Assembly: GCA_030059665.1 (NCBI GenBank)
Contig: JANVYR010000002.1
Location: 224,001-288,000 of the forward strand
Direction of reading: 5' to 3'
Length of the DNA: 64,000 nt
Source of the DNA: Candidatus Calditenuis fumarioli
GTDB lineage: Archaea; Thermoproteota; Nitrososphaeria_A; Caldarchaeales; Calditenuaceae
Each line of letters opens with the position of its first letter. Positions within the stretch are counted from its first letter, which is position 1. The notes under the pieces are model-generated. The model ran no database searches. It was not told where the DNA came from and saw nothing but the letters and a program-made list of their open reading frames with translations. Below are positions 1 to 9,588 of the stretch, in pieces. Position numbers and translations under genes: made by a program.

Positions 1-1
1 G

Positions 2-283
2 GAGCGGAGGGGCGCGGAGCCGGTCCAGCTTCCGGAGGGTTTCTACCCGAAGGTGAGGAGGGCCCTCTCGAGGGCTCAGAGGGAGGAGGCACAGCGGATC
101 GAGAACGTCCTGAGGGACGTGGTCAACCTCCGGCTCAGCAAGCTCATCCCCGCAGCGCTGAAGTCGCCCGATCCCGAGTGGATCAGGAACCTCACCCCCG
201 AGGAGCGCCTCCTCTTCGAGGACCTGAAGGCCCGCATCAGGGAGTTCTACTCCTCGGTTCTGGAGGTGAGGGGACGTGGGTGA
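2..283 (+). CDS. GINS complex subunit (Gins23-like), 5'-truncated by window edge
   Basis: Open frame from window start, helical C-terminus ...LTPEERLLFEDL; directly upstream of and overlapping MCM, the usual archaeal GINS-MCM arrangement. Confidence 0.7.
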   Translation, partial: ERRGAEPVQLPEGFYPKVRRALSRAQREEAQRIENVLRDVVNLRLSKLIPAALKSPDPEWIRNLTPEERLLFEDLKARIREFYSSVLEVRGRG

Positions 284-2273
284 GCTCCCGGTCGAGGAGA
301 GGCTCGCCGAGTTCTTCAAGCAGGAGAAGTACAGGGACCTGATAGCCCGGGCCGTTCTGAGCAACCGGAGGTCGGTTCCCGTCGACTTCGGCGATCTCCT
401 GGTCTTCGACAGCGAGTTCGCCAACTCGCTCCTCGAGTCGCCTGACAAGGGCCTGCCCATCCTGAACGCAGCGCTTAACGAGCAGGTCAGGATCGAGTTC
501 CCCGACCAGACCACGAGGAGGTACGTCGCCAGGGTCAGGAACCTTCCGGAGACGCTCAGCATCAGGTCGATCAGGGCCCAGCACCTGAGGAAGCTCGTCT
601 CGGTCGACGGGATCGTGGTCAGGGCCTCATCGGTCAGGCCGATGCTGGTGAGGGCGACGTACAGGTGCAGGTACTGCGGCAAGCTCTACTCCGTCGAGCG
701 CCAGAGGCCGCCGCCGAGGTGCGAGAGCCCGAGGTGCGCCGACAAGAGGCCGAGCTTCGAGTTCCTCGAGGAGGACTCGGAGTACGTGGACTTCCAGCTG
801 ATCGGCCTCCAGGAGAAGCCGGAGGAGCTCCCACCCGGTCAGCTCCCCAGGACGATCGAGGTCTCCCTGACGGAGGACCTGGTGGACACCGTCGCTCCGG
901 GAGACAGGGTTACCGTCTGCGGTGTCGTGAGGGCGATCTCCGACGCGAGGGAGCAGTCTGCGGGCCCCCTGAGGCTCAGGATAGAGGGCATCTCGGTCGA
1001 GACGAGGGGGAAGGAGATGGAGTCGCTCGCGATAACGCCCCAGGAGGAGAGGGAGTTCCTGAGGATGGCCTCCCAGCCGGGGTTCTACGAGACCCTCATC
1101 GAGTCTATCGCGCCGTCGATACAGGGCCACACCCACATCAAGGAAGCGATACTCCTGGCCCTCGTAGGCAGCCGCCAGAAGGTCTTCCCCGACGGCGTCA
1201 GGGTCAGGGGAGACATCCACCTGCTGCTGGTGGGAGATCCGGGAACCGCGAAGTCGACGCTCCTCCTCTACGCCGCCCAGATAGCTCCGAGGGGGGTGTA
1301 CACAACCGGGAGGGGTTCGACCGCGGCTGGCCTCACGGCGGCCGTCATCCGGGAGCAGGGAGGAGGGATGGTCCTCGAGGCCGGTGCCACGGTTCTGGCG
1401 GACATGGGGGTGTGCGTCGTCGACGAGATCGACAAGATGAGGCCGGAGGACAGGGTCGCCATGCACGAGGTCATGGCCAACCAGACCGTGAGCATCGCGA
1501 AGGGAGGGATCGTTGCGACGCTGAACGCCCGCTGCAGCATCCTCGCGGCCGCCAACCCCGAGCTGGGCCGTTACGACCCCTACAGGCCCTTCAACGAGAA
1601 CGTCAACCTCCCCGTGACGCTGCTGAGCAGGTTCGACCTGATCTTCGTCCTGCGCGACGAACCGAACCCCGAGATGGACAGGAGGATCTCGAGCCACATG
1701 CTGGAGCTCCACATGCACGGTAGGGCTCCCGAGAGCAAGGCCCTGCCACCGGAGACGCTGAAGAAGTACATTGCGTTCGCGAAGAGGTTCACGCCGGTCC
1801 TGAGCAGGGAGGCTGCCGAGGAGCTGCAGCGGTTCTACCTCCAGATGAGGTCGGTCTACGAGAGGACCTCGACGGTGGCGATCACCGCGCGGCAGCTCGA
1901 GTCCCTCGTCAGGCTGGCGGAGGCAAGGGCGAGGGCGCTGCTGAGGGATGTGGTCACGAAGGAGGACGCGGAGGTGGCCATCAGGCTGATGAAGAGGAGC
2001 CTCTCCGAGGTGGGGATCGACGTGGAGACCGGGAAGCCCGACATCGACGTGATAATGTCCGGGAAGCCGAGGAGCGTGAGGGAGAAGCTCACGCTGGTCA
2101 TCGACACCATCAGGAAACTCGAGCAGGCCCACGGCTACGCCGACGACGCTGCCCTCCGGCAGGAGCTCGAGGGTAAGGGCCTCACCAAGGCCGAGATCGA
2201 CAGGATCCTGAACAGGATGATCTCCGAGGGGAGGATCTACTCGCCGAAGCCCGGCGCCTACCGGGTCACATGA
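276..2273 (+). CDS. mcm: Replicative helicase MCM
   Basis: Zn finger CRYC..CESPRC, Walker A GDPGTAKS, MCM box VDEIDKM, arginine finger SRFD, C-terminal winged helix; no intein. Confidence 0.98.
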   Translation: MGELPVEERLAEFFKQEKYRDLIARAVLSNRRSVPVDFGDLLVFDSEFANSLLESPDKGLPILNAALNEQVRIEFPDQTTRRYVARVRNLPETLSIRSIRAQHLRKLVSVDGIVVRASSVRPMLVRATYRCRYCGKLYSVERQRPPPRCESPRCADKRPSFEFLEEDSEYVDFQLIGLQEKPEELPPGQLPRTIEVSLTEDLVDTVAPGDRVTVCGVVRAISDAREQSAGPLRLRIEGISVETRGKEMESLAITPQEEREFLRMASQPGFYETLIESIAPSIQGHTHIKEAILLALVGSRQKVFPDGVRVRGDIHLLLVGDPGTAKSTLLLYAAQIAPRGVYTTGRGSTAAGLTAAVIREQGGGMVLEAGATVLADMGVCVVDEIDKMRPEDRVAMHEVMANQTVSIAKGGIVATLNARCSILAAANPELGRYDPYRPFNENVNLPVTLLSRFDLIFVLRDEPNPEMDRRISSHMLELHMHGRAPESKALPPETLKKYIAFAKRFTPVLSREAAEELQRFYLQMRSVYERTSTVAITARQLESLVRLAEARARALLRDVVTKEDAEVAIRLMKRSLSEVGIDVETGKPDIDVIMSGKPRSVREKLTLVIDTIRKLEQAHGYADDAALRQELEGKGLTKAEIDRILNRMISEGRIYSPKPGAYRVT

Positions 2274-2274
2274 G

Positions 2275-4422
2275 ATGATCAGGATAGAGGACCTGGGCCT
2301 TCCGGAGGGGCTGACGAGGGCCCTCCGCAACGAGGGCGTTCAGGTGCTCTACCCGCATCAGGAGGAGGCGATCAGGAGGGGTCTACTTGAGGGGAGGAAC
2401 ATGGTGGTCACCGCGCCCACCGCATCCGGCAAGACGCTCCTTGCGATGCTGGCGGCCCACAGGGCGATCTCCTCGGGCAGGAAGGTCCTCTACCTGACCC
2501 CTTTGAGGGCGCTCACGTCCGAGAAGCTGGAGGAGTTCTCGAAGGTCTTCAGGGAGTCGGGGCTCGGGGTGAGGGTGAGGGCCGTCTCGGGGGACTACGA
2601 CGATCCCGGCGAGTGGCTGGCGGAGTACGACCTGATCGTATCGACGTACGAGAAGGCCGACAGCCTGGTCAGGCACGGAGCCAGCTGGCTCGGCAGTGTA
2701 GGGCTGGTGGTGGTCGACGAGGTCCACATGATCGGCGACCGGGACAGGGGACCGACGCTCGAGATGACGGTTGCGAAGCTCCAGGAGGCCTGTAGCGAGC
2801 CGAGCTTCCTCTGCCTCAGCGCGACCGTGAGGAACGGTGAGGAGCTCGCCGGGTGGCTCGACGCGGAGCTGATCAGGTCCGACTTCAGGCCGGTGCCGCT
2901 GATCGAGGGCGTCTTCGCGGGCGGAAGGCTGCTGCTCTCCGATGGCACCACGAGGACCCTCGAGGGCCCTGACCCTCTGATGGAGCTCGTGGCCGAGTCG
3001 CTCCGGGACGGAGGTCAGGTGCTGGTCTTCGCGATGACGAGGAAGAGGGCCGAGGAGTACGCCGCGAGGATCGCGGGGTCGCTCCTGGAGACCGGTGACG
3101 ACCCGAGGCTCGAGGAGTACGCCAGGGAGGTCCTGGAGGAGAGGGAGTCGCCCTTCAGCGAGAGGCTCTCCTTGCTGATTCGGAGGGGAGTAGCCTTCCA
3201 TCACGCGGGCCTCAGCTACCACCACAGGCGGACCGTCGAGGAGGCCTTCCGGTCGAGGGCATTAAGGGTCCTCTGCTCGACCACCACGCTCGCAGCGGGC
3301 GTCAACCTACCGGCCAGAACGGTGATCATACCGGAGTACAGGAAGTTCAGGGGTCCGGGGTACGTGGAGGAGCTGACGGTGATGGAGTACAAGCAGCTCT
3401 CCGGGAGGGCCGGGAGGCCCCAGTTCGACAGGGTCGGGTACGCCATCCTCATGGCCCGGCACGTAACAGACCTCCACTACCTCTTCGAGAAGTACGTGAG
3501 GGGGCTTCCGGAGCGGATCGTCTCCTCCCTCGCAAGCGACAGGCACCTGAGGTCGCACGTCCTCTCCCTGATCGCTTCGGGCATCGCGAGGACCGAGACG
3601 TCCCTCTTCAGGGTCCTCTCTCGGACCTTCTTCGCCCATCAGTTCGGCGCCAGGGTCCTGCTGGCCAAGACGGAGCCCGTGCTGGAGTTCCTCGAGTCGC
3701 ACGGCATGATAACCAGGTCCGGAACGCTCGAGGTCACACCGCTCGGCAGGAGGGTCTCGGAGCTGTACATCGATCCGCTGACCGCTGTGAGGTTGCTCGA
3801 GATCGTACAGGAGCAGGAGAGCCTGACGGAGCTCGGCGCTCTCCTCGCGGTCTCCCTGACGCCAGACATGAGGGACGTGACCTACCCCGCGATACACAGG
3901 TCCAAGGTCGAGTCGATGCTCGACGAGCACGCCGACCAGCTCCCCGTCCAGCCACCCGACCCCTTCGACGACCCTGAGGGCTACGAGCTGTTCCTCGACG
4001 CGTTCGCGCTGTCGCTGCTGCTCCGCGACTGGATCAACGAGGTCCCCGAGCGAGAGATCTACGAGCGGTACCGCATCGAGCCCGGCGACTTCGCAGCCCT
4101 CAGGGAGCGCGCAGAGTGGATCTCGTACGCAGCAGGACAGGTCATGAGGGTCGTGGGCAGGAAGGGGCTTGCGGGGGTCTTCGCGGTCATGAGCGATCGG
4201 ATCAGGCACGGCGTAAGGTCCGAGCTGCTGGAGCTGGTCACGCTTCCGGAGATAGGCAGGGTTAGGGCGAGGGCTCTCTGGAGCCACGGGATAAGGTCGG
4301 TGAGGGACGTGGCTGAGGCTCCGCTCGAACGTCTCACGTCGGTGCCCGGGATCGGTCAGAGGATAGCCGAGAGGATCAAGGAGCATTCCCTCCGGCTCCT
4401 CGGCCCTTCACCGCGTTCCTGA
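2275..4422 (+). CDS. hel308: Ski2-like SF2 DNA helicase Hel308/Hjm
   Basis: APTASGKT, DEVH, TTTLAAGVNLPA, QLSGRAGRP, C-terminal HhH (LPEIGRVRA, VPGIGQRIA). Confidence 0.95.
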   Translation: MIRIEDLGLPEGLTRALRNEGVQVLYPHQEEAIRRGLLEGRNMVVTAPTASGKTLLAMLAAHRAISSGRKVLYLTPLRALTSEKLEEFSKVFRESGLGVRVRAVSGDYDDPGEWLAEYDLIVSTYEKADSLVRHGASWLGSVGLVVVDEVHMIGDRDRGPTLEMTVAKLQEACSEPSFLCLSATVRNGEELAGWLDAELIRSDFRPVPLIEGVFAGGRLLLSDGTTRTLEGPDPLMELVAESLRDGGQVLVFAMTRKRAEEYAARIAGSLLETGDDPRLEEYAREVLEERESPFSERLSLLIRRGVAFHHAGLSYHHRRTVEEAFRSRALRVLCSTTTLAAGVNLPARTVIIPEYRKFRGPGYVEELTVMEYKQLSGRAGRPQFDRVGYAILMARHVTDLHYLFEKYVRGLPERIVSSLASDRHLRSHVLSLIASGIARTETSLFRVLSRTFFAHQFGARVLLAKTEPVLEFLESHGMITRSGTLEVTPLGRRVSELYIDPLTAVRLLEIVQEQESLTELGALLAVSLTPDMRDVTYPAIHRSKVESMLDEHADQLPVQPPDPFDDPEGYELFLDAFALSLLLRDWINEVPEREIYERYRIEPGDFAALRERAEWISYAAGQVMRVVGRKGLAGVFAVMSDRIRHGVRSELLELVTLPEIGRVRARALWSHGIRSVRDVAEAPLERLTSVPGIGQRIAERIKEHSLRLLGPSPRS

Positions 4423-4924
4423 GTTCAGCTACCTCGTGCTCCAATGCCTGTACCCTCAGGACCAGCAACGCCACCAGCGCCTTCAGGTCAATTCCTCCCT
4501 CAGCTTTGATGACGTCGGGAGCGGTCTCCAGCTCGAACCCCATCTCCTCCCTCTGTCGGCCGATTTTCCTGCGATACTTGATCACGCGTGGTAACGGGGC
4601 CTGCCTGGCCTCGTCCTCGGAGACCTCGCGCACGTTCTCCTTATCGTCCTTCCTCGAGGGGATCGTGACGTTGGCGGTCACCACCTCGTGAACGTAGCTC
4701 TCAGATGTGCCTATCCTGAGCACGTTGGGCTCGATCGGCTTCAGAACTCCGTCGGACGTCAGCTCCGCGATGGGTTCGCCGGCCGGCGCAAGCCCTATCC
4801 TCGCGCCGCTCTCGTCAACCGTTCTTCTGACTCCTAACTCGATCGACGTTCTCTCGAGAAGGGCCTTCAGCTCCTCCTCCGTCAGGCCCGTCCGGGCATC
4901 CGTGACGCGGATCCTCGGCGCCAT
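4376..4924 (-). CDS. Viral tail-fibre-associated protein with C-terminal intramolecular chaperone (Peptidase_S74-like) domain
   Basis: ATG at 4924 overlaps the upstream stop (TGATG). C-terminus SRKDDKENVREV...LPRVIKY...GFELETAPDVI...IDLKALVALLVLRVQALEHEVAEL follows the S74/ICA pattern (SD.R.K.NI...Y...G.IAQ...P..V...V.Y..L...L...Q.L) ending in a coiled coil. Confidence 0.65.
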   Translation of the reverse strand: MAPRIRVTDARTGLTEEELKALLERTSIELGVRRTVDESGARIGLAPAGEPIAELTSDGVLKPIEPNVLRIGTSESYVHEVVTANVTIPSRKDDKENVREVSEDEARQAPLPRVIKYRRKIGRQREEMGFELETAPDVIKAEGGIDLKALVALLVLRVQALEHEVAELRNAVKGRGAGGNAP

Positions 4925-6060
4925 CACTCGAACACCAAGGCCGTCATCCTTACCCGGCCGGAAAGGACCTCGGCCTTCCACCAGAGCACCGGGGGATCGA
5001 AGGCCAGCGACGTTCCGCCCGATCCGGAGAACTCCTGCTCGTAGCTGTCGTTGAGCCTAACCCTATTGGTTACCGTTGTGTCGAGGAACTCTATCTTCTG
5101 CAGGTACGCTTCGCTCGCGTAGAACTTATCGATTGTTATGGGGTTGATGTCGTATTTCCACTTGATGTTGGCCACATCCGTCTGCGTGAACGCGGATACA
5201 TCCGCCGTGGTGTAGAAGGTCATGGAGTGCGTGTAGGCGTCGTCAAACTTTACCTCCGTTCCTGCGGTGAGGTTCGTCACGTTGTTTATGCTCTCCCGCC
5301 ATATGGTGAACCCGCTCGGCAAGTTTCTGCTCGTCCATCCGTTGAAATAGCTCCTGAAGGCCTCACTTGATTTCGCTACGGGAACCGTCACGTCGGGAGG
5401 TGTATAATACCACGCATAGGCGATCGTCAAATAATTATATCCATAACTCGTCCAGAATTCACCATCTTGAATAGTCCAATTGGTCCCATTATAATATCCT
5501 CTTTTACAGACGACGAGGAAATCGGAGCCACTACCACAAGCACTCGTATCAATACGGGCGTAATTAGAAGAGTTGGCGGAAGTAGGCACAAGGACGAGGG
5601 CATATAGCTTATTCCACTCGAGCTGATATCCGTTGGTGAAAGCGTTGGGCGGATCGCCGAAATCGATGTAAACTATATCACTACCGATCGACGGTGTGAA
5701 GCTCGTAATATATGTCGTAGGTATATAACTGGTCGGATCAACATAATAGAGGTCGATGCGGAATTGTGGATTTCCGGTTCGGTAACTAAGATAAAATATA
5801 CTCTTGTAGAGATAAGGTCTTGACGCCGTTGCTCCTGAAATAGTTGGTTGCGGAGGAGTTCCGAAGATCCTCGCAACGCGCTTAGAAGTTGAATCGAGAT
5901 AGTATGAACTATCTATTGAGGCAGCCGACGCTCGCCTGAGATTTGATTTAGGTAGGTTACTATAACTCCGCGAGAACGTGACGTCAAAGGTGATCTCCCT
6001 ATTGTATTCCCAGACGAGCGGAACGGCCCTGTTCAGGCTCAGGACGAGGTACTCGGTCAC
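4924..6060 (-). CDS. Putative viral tail fibre / receptor-binding protein (378 aa)
   Basis: S/T/N/Y-rich beta-type composition, AT-richer core, translationally coupled between a tail-hub-like gene and an S74-like gene. Confidence 0.5.
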   Translation of the reverse strand: MTEYLVLSLNRAVPLVWEYNREITFDVTFSRSYSNLPKSNLRRASAASIDSSYYLDSTSKRVARIFGTPPQPTISGATASRPYLYKSIFYLSYRTGNPQFRIDLYYVDPTSYIPTTYITSFTPSIGSDIVYIDFGDPPNAFTNGYQLEWNKLYALVLVPTSANSSNYARIDTSACGSGSDFLVVCKRGYYNGTNWTIQDGEFWTSYGYNYLTIAYAWYYTPPDVTVPVAKSSEAFRSYFNGWTSRNLPSGFTIWRESINNVTNLTAGTEVKFDDAYTHSMTFYTTADVSAFTQTDVANIKWKYDINPITIDKFYASEAYLQKIEFLDTTVTNRVRLNDSYEQEFSGSGGTSLAFDPPVLWWKAEVLSGRVRMTALVFE

Positions 6061-7967
6061 CTGCTGACCACCTCCTCATACGTTATCCGGAGGTCTGAGA
6101 TTTTTGGGGACTGTGATGAGGCGGAGGGCCGCGATAGCGTGAAGCGAACCACCAGTTCTCCGCGGTGATACTGATGGAAGAGGTAATCGCTGTCAACGAG
6201 AATCGGGCCGTTTGTGACGATTCCGATGCGCGTGACGCTCCCGAGGTTAGGATTGCCGGACCTGCTGAAGGTCGAGACGTCAAGCAGGTACTCTCTCCAG
6301 ACGCTCGCGTCGTTTGCCGTCATCACGCCCTCATAATAATCGCCACCGGAGGAATAGAGCCGGAGCCTGACGGATGTGTTGGGCGCGAAGGCGTAGAGGA
6401 AGATATCCGCGAACCGCGCCCAGCCCAGATCGATGGGCTGCGGCAGAGTATAGACCGCCTCACCGGGATTCGTCCCAGTTAGCCTGATCCCCAGACAGGA
6501 GCCCGAGACTATGCCGGCGCTCGCCCTGAAGACCACGGCGTTCACTCCGACCCATTGACGGTAGGCGAGTCCGCGCGTGAGCTCCTGCGCCCTTCCGGGC
6601 CACCTCTTCAAACGCAACCTCTTCGTCAGGTGCCAGCCGCCCATCTTCGGGTCGGTTTTGCCCACGAGCACTCTCCCCTGCGGGTCCCTCACCTCGACGG
6701 CTATGGCACCATCCCCCGGGTAACTGATCCACTCGATGTAGCCCCATTTCCTGAAGGTCTCCGTCGGCGGGTTGAACCTGATCTCGGCCCAGCCGGACGT
6801 GAACCCCGAGGCCAGAACGAGCTGTCCGGTGCTCGGGTCGAGGGTCACGTTCTCCCCCGCGTGTATCGTGAGGGGTCTCCTGTTCCAGTAGGTGACGTAA
6901 CGGTACGCGGACGCCGTGGTCACGCTCTTCACGAGGTAGAGCGTGCTCCTGAGGCCGGCGAGCTCTCCAATGACCGAGGGTCGAGGGCCGAACCGAGCGG
7001 TGGTATCACCGCCAATCGCTTCGTTCAGCAGGTCCTCGAGGAGCTCGAGCCTTCCACCGAGCGTTAATCGGCATCTCTTATTCCTCGGATCATATTCTAT
7101 CTCAACGATAAACATATTTACGTTGTTCAGCCCGAGGTCCGGGAGGTTAACCGTGACCGTGTCGAAGAGGTCGATGCCAAGTGTGTTGAAGGCGTTCTCT
7201 GCCATCTCCACGCGAAGCTCCCTCCCGTACTCCCTGTTCAGTGCGAGCCTGATCCTGGCCCTCCTGAGGGCCTCGTTGGCGTCTGTGAGGAACGGGTCGT
7301 GGACTACGACGGGAAGGTCTCCCGGCGGATCGGAGACGTCCGCAAGAACCTCACCGTTGGCGCCGACGTAGATCACCCGGTTCTTCAGTTTCCATCTGTC
7401 TTCGGAGTACTCGGCGGAGAGGACCTTCGAGCCGTCGATCGTCGCCTTCGGTGTTCCCTCGCTCTTCGGGCGGAAGCGGAGGACCCTGCCAGGGAGCATT
7501 CGGAGGTAGTGGTTCGTTCCTTTCGCCACGTCCAGCATCACCTTCAGAGCCGTCGAGTTCTCTATCGACCACGGCGACGTGATTGATGGGCCTTCAGCAA
7601 CGTCGGTTACGTCGACTCCTGGCTCGAGCGAGGCAAGGTCACGGATTATGGCGCCGGCCGTCGTGCCAGTGTCGTAGACGCGAAAGACGATGTATCGGTC
7701 GTAGAGGATTAAGTCAGAATAGGCCCTGCATTCCACCTCATTCACGTGTCCGTTATCCCTCCTGCGCCTGACCTCCGTGACGACGCCCTCAAAAATGACC
7801 GATGTGCCGACCGAGAACCTGCACCGCCACCCGACCGATGCGTTACGGTCGATGAGGGTGAAGCTAAGGCTCTCGAGGCTCCGCGCGCCAACCTCGTGCC
7901 TCACACTCACCGCATTTCGCGTGACGTCATTCCACGCTGTGCCGTCGCCGAGCTCGAGTTTGATCAC
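6057..7967 (-). CDS. Putative viral tail/baseplate hub protein with C-terminal carbohydrate-binding-like module (636 aa)
   Basis: N-terminus (SLSFTL..VIFEGVVTEV...VECRAYSDLIL...TTAGAIIRDL...YLRMLPGRVLRF...KNRVIYVG) resembles Caudoviricetes tail hub proteins; C-terminus has a CBM11/CIA30-like stretch (PIDLGW...VRLRL...WREYLLDVSTF..NPNLGSVTRIGI); GAGGTGA SD upstream. Confidence 0.6.
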   Translation of the reverse strand: MIKLELGDGTAWNDVTRNAVSVRHEVGARSLESLSFTLIDRNASVGWRCRFSVGTSVIFEGVVTEVRRRRDNGHVNEVECRAYSDLILYDRYIVFRVYDTGTTAGAIIRDLASLEPGVDVTDVAEGPSITSPWSIENSTALKVMLDVAKGTNHYLRMLPGRVLRFRPKSEGTPKATIDGSKVLSAEYSEDRWKLKNRVIYVGANGEVLADVSDPPGDLPVVVHDPFLTDANEALRRARIRLALNREYGRELRVEMAENAFNTLGIDLFDTVTVNLPDLGLNNVNMFIVEIEYDPRNKRCRLTLGGRLELLEDLLNEAIGGDTTARFGPRPSVIGELAGLRSTLYLVKSVTTASAYRYVTYWNRRPLTIHAGENVTLDPSTGQLVLASGFTSGWAEIRFNPPTETFRKWGYIEWISYPGDGAIAVEVRDPQGRVLVGKTDPKMGGWHLTKRLRLKRWPGRAQELTRGLAYRQWVGVNAVVFRASAGIVSGSCLGIRLTGTNPGEAVYTLPQPIDLGWARFADIFLYAFAPNTSVRLRLYSSGGDYYEGVMTANDASVWREYLLDVSTFSRSGNPNLGSVTRIGIVTNGPILVDSDYLFHQYHRGELVVRFTLSRPSASSQSPKISDLRITYEEVVSR

Positions 7968-8394
7968 GTTTTCATCACCTCTGAGCGGAACCGTGAGACT
8001 CCGTAGACGATAGCTCGGGTGGGCCTGGACGAATGGCCCGTCACGCTGCGGACGTCCCCGGACTGATATTTCGGTAGAGGGTCCCCCACCGGATCGAAGG
8101 TGAAAGTGGACCCAACTGAGAACGGTCTCGTAACCGTGTCACTACACGTGGAGCACGGCCGGGTGGGTGCCCTGAAAACTGCGCCTCATCAGACGTCGTG
8201 GACGGATTGCCTGAAGCCGGTCGTGCCAGAGTGAACGCGATGAGGAGGGCGAACCGCGCATCGTCCCAGACCGACCTACCGCGGGTCGTCGAGAACGGCC
8301 CGAATAGCCGATCTCTCGGTTGCAACGTCCTCCCGAGCGCTCTTGGACCCAGGCCTATCACGTACAGCAATCCTGCTCCAACGGCGACATGCCG

Positions 8395-8817
8395 TCAGTC
8401 CCCCATCGAGAACAGCACCAGAGCGACAACCGCCAGAGCCATGGCCAGGAGCTGCCTGAGCTCTAAGGTCTCTCCGAGGAGAAGGAAAGACAGGAGCACG
8501 GTGACAGCAGGGTAAAGCGAGGTCACGACCACCACGATCGACGACGGGTTGAGCTCCAGAGCCCAGTAGAAGAGCAGAGCTCCCAGGAATCCCAGCGCGC
8601 CTGCGACGAGTGCGGCGATTCCGTGTCCGGTCCCGAGCGAGAGCTCCGGTCTGAGGAGCAAAATGAAAGAGATGCTCGCTGCCATCTGCCCTATCGCGGC
8701 CAGGGCCGTCACCTCGCGCCAGGAGAGGTTCTGCGAGGCGAACCTGCCCAGCACTCCCCAGATGCCCCAGCTGAGGAGGGACATGACCGCCACGAGGAAC
8801 CACTTGACCTCCATCAA
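8395..8817 (-). CDS. EamA/DMT family small transporter
   Basis: Five hydrophobic helices, LSWGIWGV..., SIVVVVTSLYPAVTVLLSFLLLGE motif. Confidence 0.9.
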   Translation of the reverse strand: MMEVKWFLVAVMSLLSWGIWGVLGRFASQNLSWREVTALAAIGQMAASISFILLLRPELSLGTGHGIAALVAGALGFLGALLFYWALELNPSSIVVVVTSLYPAVTVLLSFLLLGETLELRQLLAMALAVVALVLFSMGD

Positions 8818-8854
8818 GCACCACGCCGCAAGAACGAGGAAGCGCCGGGCCCGC

Positions 8855-9391
8855 TCACCACTTGGTTGCCTCTCCCCTCAGCATCTCGCCGATGTGCACC
8901 CTGTCGATGTGCCTGGATAGCTCCCTGGCGTCCCTTAACGTGGCCCCGCAGTAGGGACACGTGAGGCCCTTCTCCTCCTCCAGCTCCGGCAGCAGCGACT
9001 TCTCCACCAGGTCCCCCGCAAGCGATAGCATCGTCAAGATCCCCACAACCTTCTCGCCCTCCGTCACCACCACCCTCCTGATCCCCTTCTGGGACATCAG
9101 GGCTATCGCGTCGCTCACCTTCGTCTGCGGCGAGACCGTCACAAGCGGCGATGACTTGATCTCCCTGAGCCTCACCGACCTCGGGTCTCGTCCCTCCGCA
9201 ACGACCCTGTAGAGGACGTCCCTCTCGGTGACTATGCCCGTGATACGGCCGTCCTTGGAGACGAGGACGCTCGTCACGCCTTTCTCCCGCATCTTCCGCA
9301 CCGCCTCGGTAACGGTGGTCTCCTCGTCCAGCACGACGAAGTCCTTCCTCATGTGGGCGGATACCGGGTCCGAGAGCACCTCGGGCTTCAA
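8855..9391 (-). CDS. CBS-pair protein with C-terminal C2H2 zinc finger
   Basis: Two CBS repeats (GIVTERDV; VVGILTMLSL) followed by CPYCGATLRDARELSRHIDRVH. Confidence 0.9.
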   Translation of the reverse strand: MKPEVLSDPVSAHMRKDFVVLDEETTVTEAVRKMREKGVTSVLVSKDGRITGIVTERDVLYRVVAEGRDPRSVRLREIKSSPLVTVSPQTKVSDAIALMSQKGIRRVVVTEGEKVVGILTMLSLAGDLVEKSLLPELEEEKGLTCPYCGATLRDARELSRHIDRVHIGEMLRGEATKW

Positions 9392-9491
9392 CGGGTCCTA
9401 CCTCGTTCCCACGGGCTCGGAGCAATTAATCTGCTTTCCCCGCCGGAGAATTGCGCTCGGGTGATCCCATGCGTTGGGGATGTCAGATGTG

Positions 9492-9588
9492 TGGGGCCGG
9501 TGGGATTTGAACCCACGTCCTCCAGCGATCCGTGCCGGACGCGCCAGCACCCCAGGCTGGCGTCCACTCCAAGCTGGACCACGGCCCC
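9492..9588 (-). tRNA. tRNA-Pro(GGG) with 22-nt intron at 37/38
   Basis: GGGGCCG acceptor pairs with CGGCCCC-A, anticodon stem CCAGC/GCTGG, loop CT-GGG-G, T-arm GTGGG-TTCAAAT-CCCAC; intron TGCTGG...GGAT forms a BHB-like motif. Confidence 0.92.

Larger units (their letters stand above)
4376..7967 (-). mobile_element. Orphan head-tail virus tail module (provirus remnant or co-opted tail genes)
   Basis: Three coupled tail-like genes antisense to Hel308; no capsid, terminase or integrase gene seen in the window. Confidence 0.6.

Noticed and set aside
7968-8394. ORF 8041-8370 (MLYVIGLGP...) or a further viral gene upstream of the tail hub
   Set aside because: Only the first residues resemble a methylase start, the rest is low-information, and the frame ending at the hub gene has no start codon; left uncalled
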